A DNA stretch of 26,367 nucleotides from a virus (lineage: Duplodnaviria; Heunggongvirae; Uroviricota; Caudoviricetes): the IMG/VR virus record IMGVR_UViG_2698536401_000014. One strand, 5' to 3'. Positions 1 to 9,764 of this stretch are shown here, one piece after another. Each line of letters starts with the position of its first letter. The first letter of the stretch is position 1. Under the pieces are notes generated by a model, which saw only the letters and a program-made list of their open reading frames with translations, was not told where the DNA came from and made no database searches. A program made the position numbers and the translations under genes.

Positions 1-1017
1 TCACACTTCTAGCGTTGCGAGGGGGTTGAATCTCAGAGCCGTCTCAAGATGATCGGGTGCTAAATGGGCATAGCGCATAGTCATTTTTATATCGTGATGT
101 CCGAGGATTTTTTGCAAAGCAAGGATATTTCCACCCGACATCATGAAGTGCGCCGCAAACGTATGGCGCAGAACGTGTGTCAGTTGACCGCGAGGGAGCA
201 CGATAGACGTTTTTTCCATCACGGATAAAAATTGAAAATAGCAGTCTGTAAAGAAATTGAACCCATCAAGCGCCATGATCTCTTCGTAAAGCTCTTTACT
301 GATAGGGATGCTTCTGTTTTTCTTCCCCTTCGTTCTTACAAAGGTAATTCGGTATTTGGTCACTTGCGAGCGGGTAAGATTTATTGCTTCTCGCCAGCGT
401 GCGCCTGTGCTTAGGCATATCTTGACTACCAGTGCCAGAATTGGGTCCTGACGTTTGCAATCAGCCAGCAGTTCAACAATCTGCTCATGGGTAAGCCATG
501 CCATCTCTTTTTCTGCGATGGTGAATTTTCGCATGTTCTCCAGTGGGTTCGGATACGACCATTCGCCCAGGCGGGATAGTTCGCTAAAAACACTACTTAG
601 ATAGCTTTGCTCCAGGTTAATGGTGACCGGGCTTGCTCCTTTCTTCCATTTCTCGCTGAAGTAGATCTCACCTGTCAGGCGTTTATCTCGATAGTGGGCA
701 AACATTTTAGAGGTTAGATCAGTTGCAAGGGGATTGCCCAGAGCGTCAACCATCAACAGCAGTTTGTCATAGACATGCTGCCCAGCTGTCAGAGATTTAC
801 CATGTAGTTTGAACCATAGCTCAATCACGTCTTTCAATGTCCGACGATCCACTGATTCGCCCAGCCAGGGCTTTGCTTCGGTTTCTTCCATCGTGTGACG
901 CTCAAAAGCCAGAGCTTCGCCTTTGGTGGCGAATTGTTTACGCACACGACGTCCACTACGTCCGGCGGGGTAACATTCGCAAAGCCATTTTCCTGTGGTG
1001 AGTTTTCGTACTGCCAT
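1..1017 (-). CDS. int: Tyrosine integrase (P2/186 family)
   Basis: Minus-strand ORF with C-terminal catalytic motifs GARWREA, HVLRHTFA and MTMRYAHL (R..HxxR..Y pattern). N-terminus MAVRKLTTGKWLCECYP...RKQFATKGEALAFE resembles recalled phage 186 Int. Start placed at the internal ATG (1017); the six-frame ORF runs to 1095. Confidence 0.9.
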   Translation of the reverse strand: MAVRKLTTGKWLCECYPAGRSGRRVRKQFATKGEALAFERHTMEETEAKPWLGESVDRRTLKDVIELWFKLHGKSLTAGQHVYDKLLLMVDALGNPLATDLTSKMFAHYRDKRLTGEIYFSEKWKKGASPVTINLEQSYLSSVFSELSRLGEWSYPNPLENMRKFTIAEKEMAWLTHEQIVELLADCKRQDPILALVVKICLSTGARWREAINLTRSQVTKYRITFVRTKGKKNRSIPISKELYEEIMALDGFNFFTDCYFQFLSVMEKTSIVLPRGQLTHVLRHTFAAHFMMSGGNILALQKILGHHDIKMTMRYAHLAPDHLETALRFNPLATLEV

Positions 1018-1203
1018 AAAAAATGCCCTCCAGTAGAGAGCATTTTTACTGTATGTATAACCAGTGTCAATGTATGAAATCCTGCGACCATACATCTCAC
1101 TGAAACCATAATGAAGTTAGCTATTTTTTGCTATGTGAGTATGTGACTTTTGCGGTTAGCCTGCGGCTCATTGTTATATTAGGCGCAGATATAAAAGCAA
1201 AAT

Positions 1204-1395
1204 TTATCGCGAGTTTTTAGTACAGATTTTTTTTGATTTACTAATAGTTCCATCATTGCAAACGAACTTTCCATCGGAGGTACAGTGAGAGACACCTCCC
1301 TTTTTCCCAGAACAAGGATAATTTTTAGCATAGGTAGTTAGTGGGTTTAATAACAAAGAGCATGATAAAACCACAAAAAATACCTTACCAAGCAT
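1204..1395 (-). CDS. Small secreted cysteine-rich protein (possible lipoprotein), unknown function
   Basis: 63-aa ORF between cI and int. Hydrophobic N-terminus [11 protein letters not shown] resembling a signal peptide or lipobox, then a lysine-rich mature part with four Cys. No recognisable family. Confidence 0.4.
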   Translation of the reverse strand: MLGKVFFVVLSCSLLLNPLTTYAKNYPCSGKKGGVSHCTSDGKFVCNDGTISKSKKICTKNSR

Positions 1396-1410
1396 AGTTT
1401 CCTCCCGGTA

Positions 1411-1980
1411 TTACCTAACGTACTTAATTGTTAAACTTATAATTTTCCCAATTATTTCAACATCTTCTATCTTGCACTCGAAGGCTCTGTTTCCACCCTC
1501 AACGAAGATTCTTCCACCGGGTAAACGAGTAATGTCACGGATCGTTATTTCGCCATCAATACTTATTACCCATTTACCATCACGTATATCATCAAATTCC
1601 TTATCACAAATAAATTCAGAATTATTATCTGTGATTACAAAAAGATTCTTGAATGCCGACGGTAGAAATTCTCTATCGAAAATATAAAAACCGTCTTCAC
1701 ACAAGGCCCCATCAGATAATACATATTTAGCAACTTCCATAGTATTTGTATTACCTGAAGTTTGCTTTGAACCATGCCCGGTTGTGAGCCAATTAAGCGA
1801 GGTGCCTGTTTCAAGGGCGCACTGGATTACCCATTCTGCTGGGAATGAGTCACGCATGTAGCGTGTGGCGAGTGTACTTTTAGAGATTCCTAAATGATCG
1901 CACAACGCCTGTCGAGTCTTGAATCCATAAGCTTCTACCATGCGCTCTATAGCGCCTCGTCCGCCTTTCTCCAAATTCAT
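1411..1980 (-). CDS. cI: Immunity repressor CI (186-type)
   Basis: N-terminal HTH-like region (EAYGF...ALETGTSLNWLTTG) and overall length resemble recalled phage 186 CI. Transcribed towards int and divergent from the apl/cII operon. Start at ATG 1980. Confidence 0.8.
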   Translation of the reverse strand: MNLEKGGRGAIERMVEAYGFKTRQALCDHLGISKSTLATRYMRDSFPAEWVIQCALETGTSLNWLTTGHGSKQTSGNTNTMEVAKYVLSDGALCEDGFYIFDREFLPSAFKNLFVITDNNSEFICDKEFDDIRDGKWVISIDGEITIRDITRLPGGRIFVEGGNRAFECKIEDVEIIGKIISLTIKYVR

Positions 1981-2105
1981 GGTCACTCCAAGTGAACTTT
2001 TATCTTGACGATTTCACTGTGCGATCGTATGTTTATGGTGTTCACAAAATACAAACGATCCGTATTCGTCCTGATTAATCATCATTAAACGAGGAATGTT
2101 GCATC
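1981..2105. promoter_or_regulatory. Lysis/lysogeny switch region between cI and the rightward early operon
   Basis: 125-bp intergenic region between divergent cI and apl-like genes. Candidate rightward promoter: TTGACG (2005-2010), 17-nt spacer, TATGTT (2028-2033). Contains ATCGTAT / ATCCGTAT direct repeats that may be operator half-sites. Confidence 0.4.
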
Positions 2106-2327
2106 ATGAGACCTAACATTTCAATCACTCTTACCACCCCTCATGTGACTATTGAACGCTATAGCGAGCTGACAGGGCTATCCATCGATACCATCAATGA
2201 CATGTTGGCTGATGGACGCCTTATCCGTCACCGTCTGCGCAAAGATAAAAAACGCGAAAAAGTGATGATCAACATAGCAGCAATGACCGTTGATGCGCTT
2301 TCAGAATGCAATCTAAACCTTAATTAG
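2106..2327 (+). CDS. Apl/Cox-like excisionase / transcriptional regulator (HTH)
   Basis: 73-aa first gene of the rightward early operon, in the position of 186 apl. Putative HTH ([18 protein letters not shown]). GAGGAA ribosome-binding site upstream of ATG 2106. Confidence 0.55.
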   Translation: MRPNISITLTTPHVTIERYSELTGLSIDTINDMLADGRLIRHRLRKDKKREKVMINIAAMTVDALSECNLNLN

Positions 2328-2359
2328 TTCGATTCTGAAATACATCAGAGGCATTGACC

Positions 2360-2869
2360 ATGTTTGATTACCAAGTTTCCAAACATCCACATTTTGATGA
2401 AGCCTGTCGTGCATTCGCATTGCGCCACAACCTGGTGCAACTGGCAGAACGTGCTGGCATGAATGTGCAGATTCTGCGGAACAAGTTGAACCCAGCGCAA
2501 CCTCATTTATTAACCGCACCAGAAATCTGGCTGCTTACCGATCTGACTGAAGATTCAACGCTGGTAGATGGTTTTCTGGCTCAGATTCACTGCCTGCCAT
2601 GCGTACCGATTAATGAGGTGGCAAAAGAGAAACTGCCACATTACGTCATGAGTGCAACCGCAGAGATCGGGCGTGTTGCTGCAGGTGCGGTATCTGGCGA
2701 TGTAAAAACCAGTGCAGGTCGTCGTGATGCTATCAGCAGCATTAACTCTGTAACACGACTGATGGCGTTGGCTGCTGTTTCATTGCAGGCCCGTTTACAG
2801 GCTAACCCTGCGATGGCGAGTGCAGTTGATACCGTGACTGGCCTCGGTGCTTCATTCGGTTTGCTGTGA
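2360..2869 (+). CDS. cII: CII-like lysogeny establishment regulator (186-type)
   Basis: 169-aa protein [24 protein letters not shown]...[33 protein letters not shown] closely matches recalled 186 CII. Start at ATG 2360. Confidence 0.8.
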   Translation: MFDYQVSKHPHFDEACRAFALRHNLVQLAERAGMNVQILRNKLNPAQPHLLTAPEIWLLTDLTEDSTLVDGFLAQIHCLPCVPINEVAKEKLPHYVMSATAEIGRVAAGAVSGDVKTSAGRRDAISSINSVTRLMALAAVSLQARLQANPAMASAVDTVTGLGASFGLL

Positions 2870-2876
2870 GGTGCTT

Positions 2877-3077
2877 ATGCTGACGAAAGAACCATCATTT
2901 GCATCGCTGCTGGTAAAGCAAAGCCCGGCAATGCACTACGGCCACGGCTGGATCATGGGTGAGGATGGAAAACGCTGGCATCCGTGCCGTTCACAAGATG
3001 AATTGCTGGCAGAACTATCTACGAAAAAACGGGGGAACAAATGGCTATTGAAGGCGCTGCGGCGACTGTTCCATTAA
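2877..3077 (+). CDS. Small early protein (Fil-like position), hypothetical
   Basis: 66-aa ORF starting MLTKEPS with GAGGTG ribosome-binding site upstream. Position after cII matches the 186 fil/dhr region. Confidence 0.4.
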   Translation: MLTKEPSFASLLVKQSPAMHYGHGWIMGEDGKRWHPCRSQDELLAELSTKKRGNKWLLKALRRLFH

Positions 3078-3382
3078 GACCCGGTGAACGCCTGAATGGA
3101 CTTAATCATATTGCGGAGTTAAGGGCGAAAGTTTTTGGTTTGAATATTGAGTCAGAGCTTGAGCGGTTTATTAAAGATATGCGTGATCCACGGGATATCA
3201 ATAATGAACAAAATAAACGGGCACTGGCTGCCATATTCTTTATGGCAAAAATTCCAGCTGAACGTCATAGCATCAGCATTAATGAGCTGACCACTGACGA
3301 AAAGCGGGAGCTGATTAAAGCAATGAATCATTTTCGTGCAGTGGTGAGCTTATTTCCCAGACGGCTAACCATGCCGAATTAA
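3041..3382 (+). CDS. Hypothetical early-operon protein
   Basis: 113-aa ORF with a purine-rich GGGGGAACAA ribosome-binding site before ATG 3041. Same orientation as the early operon. Confidence 0.5.
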   Translation: MAIEGAAATVPLRPGERLNGLNHIAELRAKVFGLNIESELERFIKDMRDPRDINNEQNKRALAAIFFMAKIPAERHSISINELTTDEKRELIKAMNHFRAVVSLFPRRLTMPN

Positions 3383-3449
3383 CCAACTAATGAAATTAAT
3401 GGCGTAAACCCGCCGGGCATCCCTTTATCTAAATTCAGGAGAATTGCTT

Positions 3450-3683
3450 ATGCGTAATATTGAAACCCTCACGACCAAAACCGGACCGGATGATGCAGGT
3501 CTTAATCTTTTACTGACAGAGGCTCGTCTGGAAGAACGCCGGGCAAGGGCTGAAGCAATGGCTGCTCGCCTCGATAGCCTGGCGTGTCATATCACCTCCC
3601 GCCAGCTAAACCACGTCGAAGCGGCAGAACTGCTGCGTGTGACTGCTGAAGCAATCCAGAACGAAGCGCAGGAGATCCACTGA
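3450..3683 (+). CDS. Hypothetical early-operon protein (coiled-coil, Ala/Glu-rich)
   Basis: 77 aa. CAGGAG ribosome-binding site 8 nt upstream of ATG 3450. Its stop overlaps the next start (TGATGG). Confidence 0.5.
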   Translation: MRNIETLTTKTGPDDAGLNLLLTEARLEERRARAEAMAARLDSLACHITSRQLNHVEAAELLRVTAEAIQNEAQEIH

Positions 3684-3910
3684 TGGCTGATGCAATGGAT
3701 CTCGTACAGCAGCGCGTTGAAGAAGAACGCCAACGCCATATCCGTGCTGCCCGTGCCAAAACGCCGGGCGTGTCCCGCGTGCTTTGCGTTGAGTGTGAAG
3801 CGCCAATTCCGCCAGCACGCCGCCGTGCCATTCCTGGAGTGCAGCTTTGCATTACCTGCCAGGAAATCGCAGAGCTGAAAGGCAAACATTACAACGGAGG
3901 TGCTGTATGA
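3683..3910 (+). CDS. TraR/DksA-family C4 zinc-finger protein
   Basis: 75 aa with CVEC...(17)...CITC four-cysteine motif and an N-terminal coiled-coil-like segment. Translationally coupled upstream and downstream. Confidence 0.7.
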   Translation: MADAMDLVQQRVEEERQRHIRAARAKTPGVSRVLCVECEAPIPPARRRAIPGVQLCITCQEIAELKGKHYNGGAV

Positions 3911-4764
3911 GCACCATCCTGAAATGGGCGGGTAATAAAACCGCCATTATGTCCGAACTGAAAAAATACCTTCCTGCTGGCCCGCGACTGGTTGAACCTT
4001 TCGCGGGTTCTTGTGCTGTGATGATGGCGACGGATTACCCCAGCTATCTGGTTGCGGATATTAATCCTGATTTAATCAACCTCTATAAAAAGATTGCCGC
4101 TGATTGCGAAGCGTTTATATCTCGTGCCAAATTTTTATTTGAGGAAGCAAATAGTGAGCTGGCTTATTACAACATAAGACAGGAGTTTAATTACTCAACT
4201 GAAATTACTGATTTCATGAAGGCGATATATTTCCTGTATCTCAATCGTCACGGTTACCGTGGTTTATGTCGCTATAACAAGAGCGGGTATTTCAACATTC
4301 CCTACGGTAATTATAAAAATCCGTATTTCCCTGAAAAAGAAATTCGCGCATTTGCAGAGAAAGCCCAGCGGGCAACGTTTATCTGCGCGAGCTTTGATGA
4401 AACGCTGGCGATGCTGCAGGTGGGGGATGTGGTGTATTGCGATCCGCCGTATGACGGTACGTTTTCCGGCTATCACACTGATGGTTTCACTGAAGATGAC
4501 CAGTATCACCTGGCATCCATTCTTGAACATCGGTCATCAGAAGGACATCCGGTCATTGTTTCTAACAATGACACATCCCTGATTCGTTCGCTGTATCGCA
4601 ATTTTACTCACCACTATATCAAGGCAAAACGCAGCATCGGCGTGTCAGCTGGCGAGGGTAAATCTGCAACAGAAATCATTGCTGTTTCCGGGCCGAGCTG
4701 CTGGTTGGGATTTGATCCTTCGCGTGGCGTGGATAGTTCTGCCGTGTACGGAGTGTGTGTATGA
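3907..4764 (+). CDS. dam: DNA adenine methyltransferase (Dam-like, N6-MTase)
   Basis: [17 protein letters not shown] (SAM-binding FxGxG-like) and catalytic DPPY (CDPPYDG) motifs in Dam order. ATGA overlap with the preceding gene and with gene A. Confidence 0.85.
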   Translation: MSTILKWAGNKTAIMSELKKYLPAGPRLVEPFAGSCAVMMATDYPSYLVADINPDLINLYKKIAADCEAFISRAKFLFEEANSELAYYNIRQEFNYSTEITDFMKAIYFLYLNRHGYRGLCRYNKSGYFNIPYGNYKNPYFPEKEIRAFAEKAQRATFICASFDETLAMLQVGDVVYCDPPYDGTFSGYHTDGFTEDDQYHLASILEHRSSEGHPVIVSNNDTSLIRSLYRNFTHHYIKAKRSIGVSAGEGKSATEIIAVSGPSCWLGFDPSRGVDSSAVYGVCV

Positions 4765-7175
4765 GTCATGACGATATGAACAATTGCAGCGGCTTTAACG
4801 AGGCCGCCGCAGCATTTTCATGGAACGGCTCGAAAAAGGCCATTAACCCTTATCTGGACCCGGCGGAAGTTGCGCCGGAGTCTGCACTTTCAAACCTGAT
4901 CACTCTGTACGCTGCCGATAACGAGCAGGAACAACTGCGCCGCGAGGCACTGAGTGAGCAGGTCTGGGAGCGTTATTTCTTTAATGAATCCCGTGATCCT
5001 GTCCAGCGCGAAATGGAGCAGGATAAGCTCATTAGCCGGGCAAAGCTGGCGCATGAGCAGCAGCGTTTTAATCCGGACATGGTCATTCTGGCGGACGTAA
5101 ACGCCCAGCCTTCCCATATCAGCAAGCCGCTGATGCAACGTATTGAATACTTCAGCAGCCTGGGCAGGCCAAAGGCTTATTCCCGCTATTTGCGTGAGAC
5201 GATTAAGCCATGTCTGGAGCGACTGGATTGTGTACGTGACAGTCAGCTATCTGTTTCTTTCCGTTTTATGGCAAGCCATCAAGGGCTGGAGGGTCTGCTG
5301 ATCCTGCCTGAAATGAGCCAGGATCAGGTGAAACGCCTGTCCACCCTGGTAGCAGCGCATATGAGCATGTGTCTTGAGGACGCTTGTGGTGATTTGTATG
5401 CCACCGATGACGTTAAGCCAGAAGAAATCCGCAAGACATGGGAAAAGGTGGCAGCGGAAACCCTGCGTCTGGATGTTATCCCGCCTGCGTTTGAGAAACT
5501 TCGTCGGAAAAGAAACCGCCGCAAACCAGTGCCCTATGAACTCATCCCGGGTTCGCTGGCGCGTATGTTGTGTGCCGACTGGTGGTATCGGAAATTATGG
5601 AAGATGCGTTGCGAATGGCGGGAAGAGCAGTTGCGTGCTGTCTGCCTGGTCAGCAAAAAAGCATCCCCCTATGTCAGCTATGAAGCCGTGATGCATAAAC
5701 GTGAGCAGCGCCGTAAGTCGCGGGAGTTTTTTCGTTCTCATGAACTGGTGAACGAAGACGGCGACACGCTGGATATGGAAGATGTGGTAAACGCCAGCAG
5801 CAGCAACCCGGCGCATCGCCGCAATGAGATGATGGCCTGTGTTAAAGGTCTGGAGCTTATCGCGGAAATGCGCAGTGACTGTGCCGTTTTCTACACTATC
5901 ACCTGTCCGTCGCGTTTCCATTCCACGCTCAATAACGGCAGACCAAACCCGACCTGGACAAACGCGACGGTAAGACAAAGTAGCGATTATCTGGTCGGCA
6001 TGTTTGCTGCATTTCGTAAGGCTATGCATAAAGCCGAGTTGCGCTGGTATGGCGTGCGGGTAGCTGAGCCGCATCATGACGGTACTGTGCACTGGCATCT
6101 CATGTGTTTCATGCGTAAAAAAGACCGCGGCGCCATCACTGCATTACTGCGTAAGTTTGCCATCCGTGAAGACCGCGAGGAGCTGGGCAATAACACGGGA
6201 CCACGCTTTAAGTCTGAGCTGATAAACCCGCGCAAAGGTACGCCAACAAGCTATATCGCGAAATACATCAGTAAGAACATTGACGGGCGTGGTCTGGCTG
6301 GGGAGATCAGCAAGGAAACGGGTAAATCCCTGCGTGATAACGCTGAATACGTTAATGCCTGGGCGTCTCTGCATCGTGTTCAGCAATTCCGCTTCTTTGG
6401 CATTCCGGGGCGTCAGGCTTACCGTGAACTGCGATTGCTGGCTGGTCAGGCGGCAAGGCAACAGGGTGACAAAAAAGCAGGTGCGCCGGTACTGGATAAC
6501 CCGCGCCTTGATGCCATTCTGGCTGCTGCTGATGCTGGTTGTTTTGCCACCTATATCATGAAGCAGGGCGGCGTACTGGTTCCCCGTAAATATCACCTCA
6601 TCAGAACCGCTTATGAAATCAACGAAGAGCCAACCGCCTATGGCGATCACGGTATTCGTATTTATGGCATCTGGTCACCCATTGCAGAGGGCAAGATCTG
6701 CACTCATGCGGTGAAGTGGAAAATGGTTCGTAAGGCCGTTGACGTTCAGGAGGCGGCAGCCGACCAGGGCGCTTGCGCCCCTTGGACTCGTGGCAATAAC
6801 TGTCCCCTTGCTGAAAATTTGAACCAACAAGGGAAAGACAAATCAGCTGATGGGGATACCAGAACGGATATCACCCGCATGGATGACAAGGAGTTGCACG
6901 ATTACCTGCACAGTATGAGCAAAAAAGAGCGCCGGGAACTGGCAGCAAGGTTATGCTTGGTTAAACCGAAACGGCGTAAAGACTACAAACAGCGAATTAC
7001 AGACCATCAGCGACAGCAGCTCGTCTATGAGCTGAAGTCCAGAGGATTTGATGGTAGCGAGAAAGAGGTCGATTTACTCCTTCGCGGCGGCAGTATTCCG
7101 TCAGGAGCAGGCCTGCGTATCTTCTATCGGAACCAGCGTTTGCAGGAAGATGATAAGTGGCGGGATCTGTATTAA
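4761..7175 (+). CDS. A: Replication initiation endonuclease (P2 gpA-like rolling-circle initiator)
   Basis: 804 aa. HUH-type motif (VHWHLMCF) and paired active-site tyrosines (YIAKYISKN) typical of P2 A / phiX A-type Rep proteins. Position immediately before the SOS module and cargo region as in P2/186. Confidence 0.9.
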   Translation: MSHDDMNNCSGFNEAAAAFSWNGSKKAINPYLDPAEVAPESALSNLITLYAADNEQEQLRREALSEQVWERYFFNESRDPVQREMEQDKLISRAKLAHEQQRFNPDMVILADVNAQPSHISKPLMQRIEYFSSLGRPKAYSRYLRETIKPCLERLDCVRDSQLSVSFRFMASHQGLEGLLILPEMSQDQVKRLSTLVAAHMSMCLEDACGDLYATDDVKPEEIRKTWEKVAAETLRLDVIPPAFEKLRRKRNRRKPVPYELIPGSLARMLCADWWYRKLWKMRCEWREEQLRAVCLVSKKASPYVSYEAVMHKREQRRKSREFFRSHELVNEDGDTLDMEDVVNASSSNPAHRRNEMMACVKGLELIAEMRSDCAVFYTITCPSRFHSTLNNGRPNPTWTNATVRQSSDYLVGMFAAFRKAMHKAELRWYGVRVAEPHHDGTVHWHLMCFMRKKDRGAITALLRKFAIREDREELGNNTGPRFKSELINPRKGTPTSYIAKYISKNIDGRGLAGEISKETGKSLRDNAEYVNAWASLHRVQQFRFFGIPGRQAYRELRLLAGQAARQQGDKKAGAPVLDNPRLDAILAAADAGCFATYIMKQGGVLVPRKYHLIRTAYEINEEPTAYGDHGIRIYGIWSPIAEGKICTHAVKWKMVRKAVDVQEAAADQGACAPWTRGNNCPLAENLNQQGKDKSADGDTRTDITRMDDKELHDYLHSMSKKERRELAARLCLVKPKRRKDYKQRITDHQRQQLVYELKSRGFDGSEKEVDLLLRGGSIPSGAGLRIFYRNQRLQEDDKWRDLY

Positions 7176-7267
7176 TTACGCGGGTTAACAATTCGTGCTC
7201 TTAATAATACCAGGCATATCAGGCTGATGAACGTAAAAAAACGTTTTACATCAGTAAGATTATTATA

Positions 7268-7287
7268 TACTGTGAATATAAACAGTG
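7268..7287. promoter_or_regulatory. LexA box (SOS operator)
   Basis: TACTGTGAATATAAACAGTG matches CTGT-N8-ACAG with an AT-rich spacer. Lies about 40 bp upstream of the 62-aa ORF and the DinI-like gene. Confidence 0.65.
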
Positions 7288-7327
7288 GTTATGTATACAG
7301 TATTGATTTGGTGTTATAGGAGGAAAG

Positions 7328-7516
7328 ATGCAGGACTATTTTTTGGAGTCTTTGAAGCTCCAGCGCATTGATTTTTTTCTTAAGCTTGTAGCGGCTAGTG
7401 AGTGTAGTGATGAAGAGAAGGGGCTGGCTTTGCAGTGGGTTTCTGAACTGACAGATGAACTCATGGCAAAAATCAGAAGCCACGAATACAACCGCTCAAT
7501 GGATGTCATCAGCTGA
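7328..7516 (+). CDS. Small SOS-operon protein (possible Tum-like antirepressor N-terminal component)
   Basis: 62-aa ORF with a strong AGGAGG ribosome-binding site 7 nt upstream of ATG 7328, directly downstream of the LexA box. Confidence 0.5.
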   Translation: MQDYFLESLKLQRIDFFLKLVAASECSDEEKGLALQWVSELTDELMAKIRSHEYNRSMDVIS

Positions 7517-7526
7517 GGTGACTTTT

Positions 7527-7760
7527 ATGCGCATTGAAATAATGATCGATAAAGAGCAGAAGATTAGCCAGTCTACCCTGGACGCCCTTGAATCCGAGCT
7601 TTACCGCAATCTGCGCCCCCTGTATCCCAAAACGGTAATTCGTATCCGCAAAGGTAGCTCTAACGGTGTGGAACTGACCGGACTGCAACTGGATGAAGAA
7701 AGAAAACAAGTGATGAAAATTATGCAGAAAGTGTGGGAAGACGACAGCTGGCTGCATTAA
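7527..7760 (+). CDS. DinI-family protein (Tum/DinI-like, SOS-regulated)
   Basis: 77 aa MRIEIMIDKEQKISQSTLDALESELYRNL...WEDDSWLH aligns by eye with DinI (MRIEVTIAK...ALAGEL...ETWESADDWF). GAGGTGA ribosome-binding site before ATG 7527. Confidence 0.75.
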   Translation: MRIEIMIDKEQKISQSTLDALESELYRNLRPLYPKTVIRIRKGSSNGVELTGLQLDEERKQVMKIMQKVWEDDSWLH

Positions 7761-7855
7761 GAAACGTTGCCTCCAGGAGGATTCATTCTGATGGGGGCTA
7801 GTTTGGGCAACGAGTGAAACGAGGCGTAAGGTGGGCGGGCATTTTGATAAGTGAT

Positions 7856-7881
7856 CGTCCGCTTTGTGCTAGAAGCGGTCG
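7856..7881. terminator. Weak hairpin between convergent DinI-like and HerA genes
   Basis: Imperfect inverted repeat CGTCCGCTT / AAGCGGTCG with an 8-nt loop. No clear U-tract. Confidence 0.25.
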
Positions 7882-7904
7882 TTACCGCTTCAGCACTTTG
7901 TTAA

Positions 7905-9764
7905 TTAGTGAGGGCTGGTTATTACGTAGTCGCTCTGGTCATCCTCTCCCAGCCTCTCAGGTATTAAATCGTTGAAGGAAATAGTATTACTCTTAGGTTT
8001 TTCTTCAATTGGAAGTTCAGCTACCCTTAATTTGAGCGGCATGGGGCAGACGATACCACTAAAAATACAGGTTCCTGTAGATAGCGTTGGAATCGACTCT
8101 TCAGTCAGTCGATCTATATATGATACTGATTTTTCAATTGCGTACAGATCATTCTGATTAATAAGGCGATGAATAAAATAATTGTGTGCTTGGGATATGA
8201 TTGTCGACGATATATCATTAGGGCGTTGACTGGAAATTGTGATAAAAACTCCAAATTTTCTCCCCTCCTTTATGATTTCCTCAAAAGTTTCCAGACGATA
8301 ATCTCTCCAACTTTCCGTTTCCCGAAAAGAAGTATTAGACAAAATATTGTGGGCTTCATCTATAATAATGTGCAGTGTAGATTTCTCTGTAGACATTTTC
8401 TTCATATTGTAAGCCCACTTGGCTATCAAAAGAGGAAGCGTTTTTTTCATGGTTATATTAACCATATTTAGATTCACAACCGTGAAATTATGTTCACCCC
8501 AAAAATCAGACTGTCCGGAAGTATCAAATATTTTGGCTATATCTTTACGGTTAGCACTCATTCTATTTATAACTGGTGAAATATGTTCAGGGTTAGACTT
8601 GTTAGATAAATATTCCTGTATTAACTGTAAGTACATAAAGTCCAACAGTTCTTCAATCATATCAGTTTTAAATGAAAAATTGCTTGCAAGACTGAATAGA
8701 TAGGAGCGCTCAGTATCAGCTTCTGTATTGAAAATACTACCACCCCTCAATTTCCATTTATATGCAGTTGAATGATACTCAAGATCAGATATAAGTTCTG
8801 GGTCATCTTTGAAAATTGGGCTAAGAAACTGATTTATAGTATCGCATTTGGGTTTGTCGCTACTAAAGAGATTTTGTCTGACTTTTTTCTTCAGGATATT
8901 GCGCATAAACTCAAGAGGATTATCAGCGGTCATCACTTTCTTGCGAAACTCAAGAACTCTCTTCAGGAAAGGTTTCTGTGTTTTGTCTGTTGCATCGGTT
9001 AGAACTGAGAGCATATCATGCTCAAGTAGAACCTCTCTGGGTAGAGGAAGTTTGTCACCATTTGCATGGTGCGTGTTGAGATTATAAACCGTCTTCTCGT
9101 CAGTAATACAGCGTGGGGCAGTATATTCTCCATTAAAGTCGAATAGAATAAATTTGCATCTTTCACTAAAGTGGTTGCCGAGAATATGTTTAACTTGGGC
9201 AATACCTGCTTTGTATAGCGCGGCTAGGGTATTTGACTTTCCGCTGCCTGTATTACCGAAAATGGCAATGTGGGAATTAATAAGACCATTGATTGGTAGT
9301 GCAATTTCAATATCTTCAAGATCTGTACGAGTAAACCTCATTACAGTTTCGTCTGCATCAGCTATCTGATGAACCGTCTGTATCATCTCTTCAGTTACCA
9401 CGAAGACTTCATTGCCGATGAGAGGTAGTTCACGCGAACCACCAATGAAGCAACCAGTACGATCAATGTAACCCGTAAGAGTAGAGGTCAGGTATCGCCG
9501 ATATCGCCAGGCATCACTGCCGCTCCCAGCGAGATGTTTTTCCTCAATGATTCGTTCCGCTTCAACCTTGCCGATCAGGCTCATGAAACCTTTTTTGATC
9601 TCAATGAAGCTACCCACTGATACATTTCTTAGAACTTTTCCCTGATAAAACAAGTCACTGAGATTTTTGTTTTTATCGACCAAAATTGTCACAGCGCGTC
9701 CAGAAACCTCACAGACTTCGCCTATACGGAGCACCGCTTCCTCTTCAGTAAAATGCCTGCTCAT
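7905..9764 (-). CDS. herA: HerA-family ATPase (SIR2-HerA defence system, HerA component)
   Basis: 619 aa. Walker A IAIFGNTGSGKSNT and Walker B HIIIDEAHN in HerA/FtsK-like arrangement. Start ATG overlaps the SIR2 stop (ATGA). GGAGG ribosome-binding site 6 nt upstream. Confidence 0.8.
   Translation of the reverse strand: MSRHFTEEEAVLRIGEVCEVSGRAVTILVDKNKNLSDLFYQGKVLRNVSVGSFIEIKKGFMSLIGKVEAERIIEEKHLAGSGSDAWRYRRYLTSTLTGYIDRTGCFIGGSRELPLIGNEVFVVTEEMIQTVHQIADADETVMRFTRTDLEDIEIALPINGLINSHIAIFGNTGSGKSNTLAALYKAGIAQVKHILGNHFSERCKFILFDFNGEYTAPRCITDEKTVYNLNTHHANGDKLPLPREVLLEHDMLSVLTDATDKTQKPFLKRVLEFRKKVMTADNPLEFMRNILKKKVRQNLFSSDKPKCDTINQFLSPIFKDDPELISDLEYHSTAYKWKLRGGSIFNTEADTERSYLFSLASNFSFKTDMIEELLDFMYLQLIQEYLSNKSNPEHISPVINRMSANRKDIAKIFDTSGQSDFWGEHNFTVVNLNMVNITMKKTLPLLIAKWAYNMKKMSTEKSTLHIIIDEAHNILSNTSFRETESWRDYRLETFEEIIKEGRKFGVFITISSQRPNDISSTIISQAHNYFIHRLINQNDLYAIEKSVSYIDRLTEESIPTLSTGTCIFSGIVCPMPLKLRVAELPIEEKPKSNTISFNDLIPERLGEDDQSDYVITSPH

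Noticed and set aside
1018-1095. N-terminal extension of the integrase ORF (six-frame ORF start at 1095)
   Set aside because: The upstream extension (MYGRRISYIDTGYTYSKNALYWRAFF) has no counterpart in recalled P2/186 integrases. The internal Met aligns with the conserved integrase N-terminus.
3587-3889. Three overlapping minus-strand ORFs (70-100 aa) opposite the TraR-like and hypothetical early genes
   Set aside because: Overlap plus-strand genes that are translationally coupled in an operon; Arg/Ser/Ala-rich shadow frames.
5595-6650. Minus-strand ORFs of 167 and 168 aa inside replication gene A
   Set aside because: Antisense to a gene with diagnostic rolling-circle Rep motifs; no independent support.
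8169-9369. Plus-strand small ORFs (67-100 aa) within the HerA gene
   Set aside because: Antisense to HerA, which has clear Walker motifs; AT-rich reverse frames rich in Ile/Phe/Leu and lacking ribosome-binding sites.
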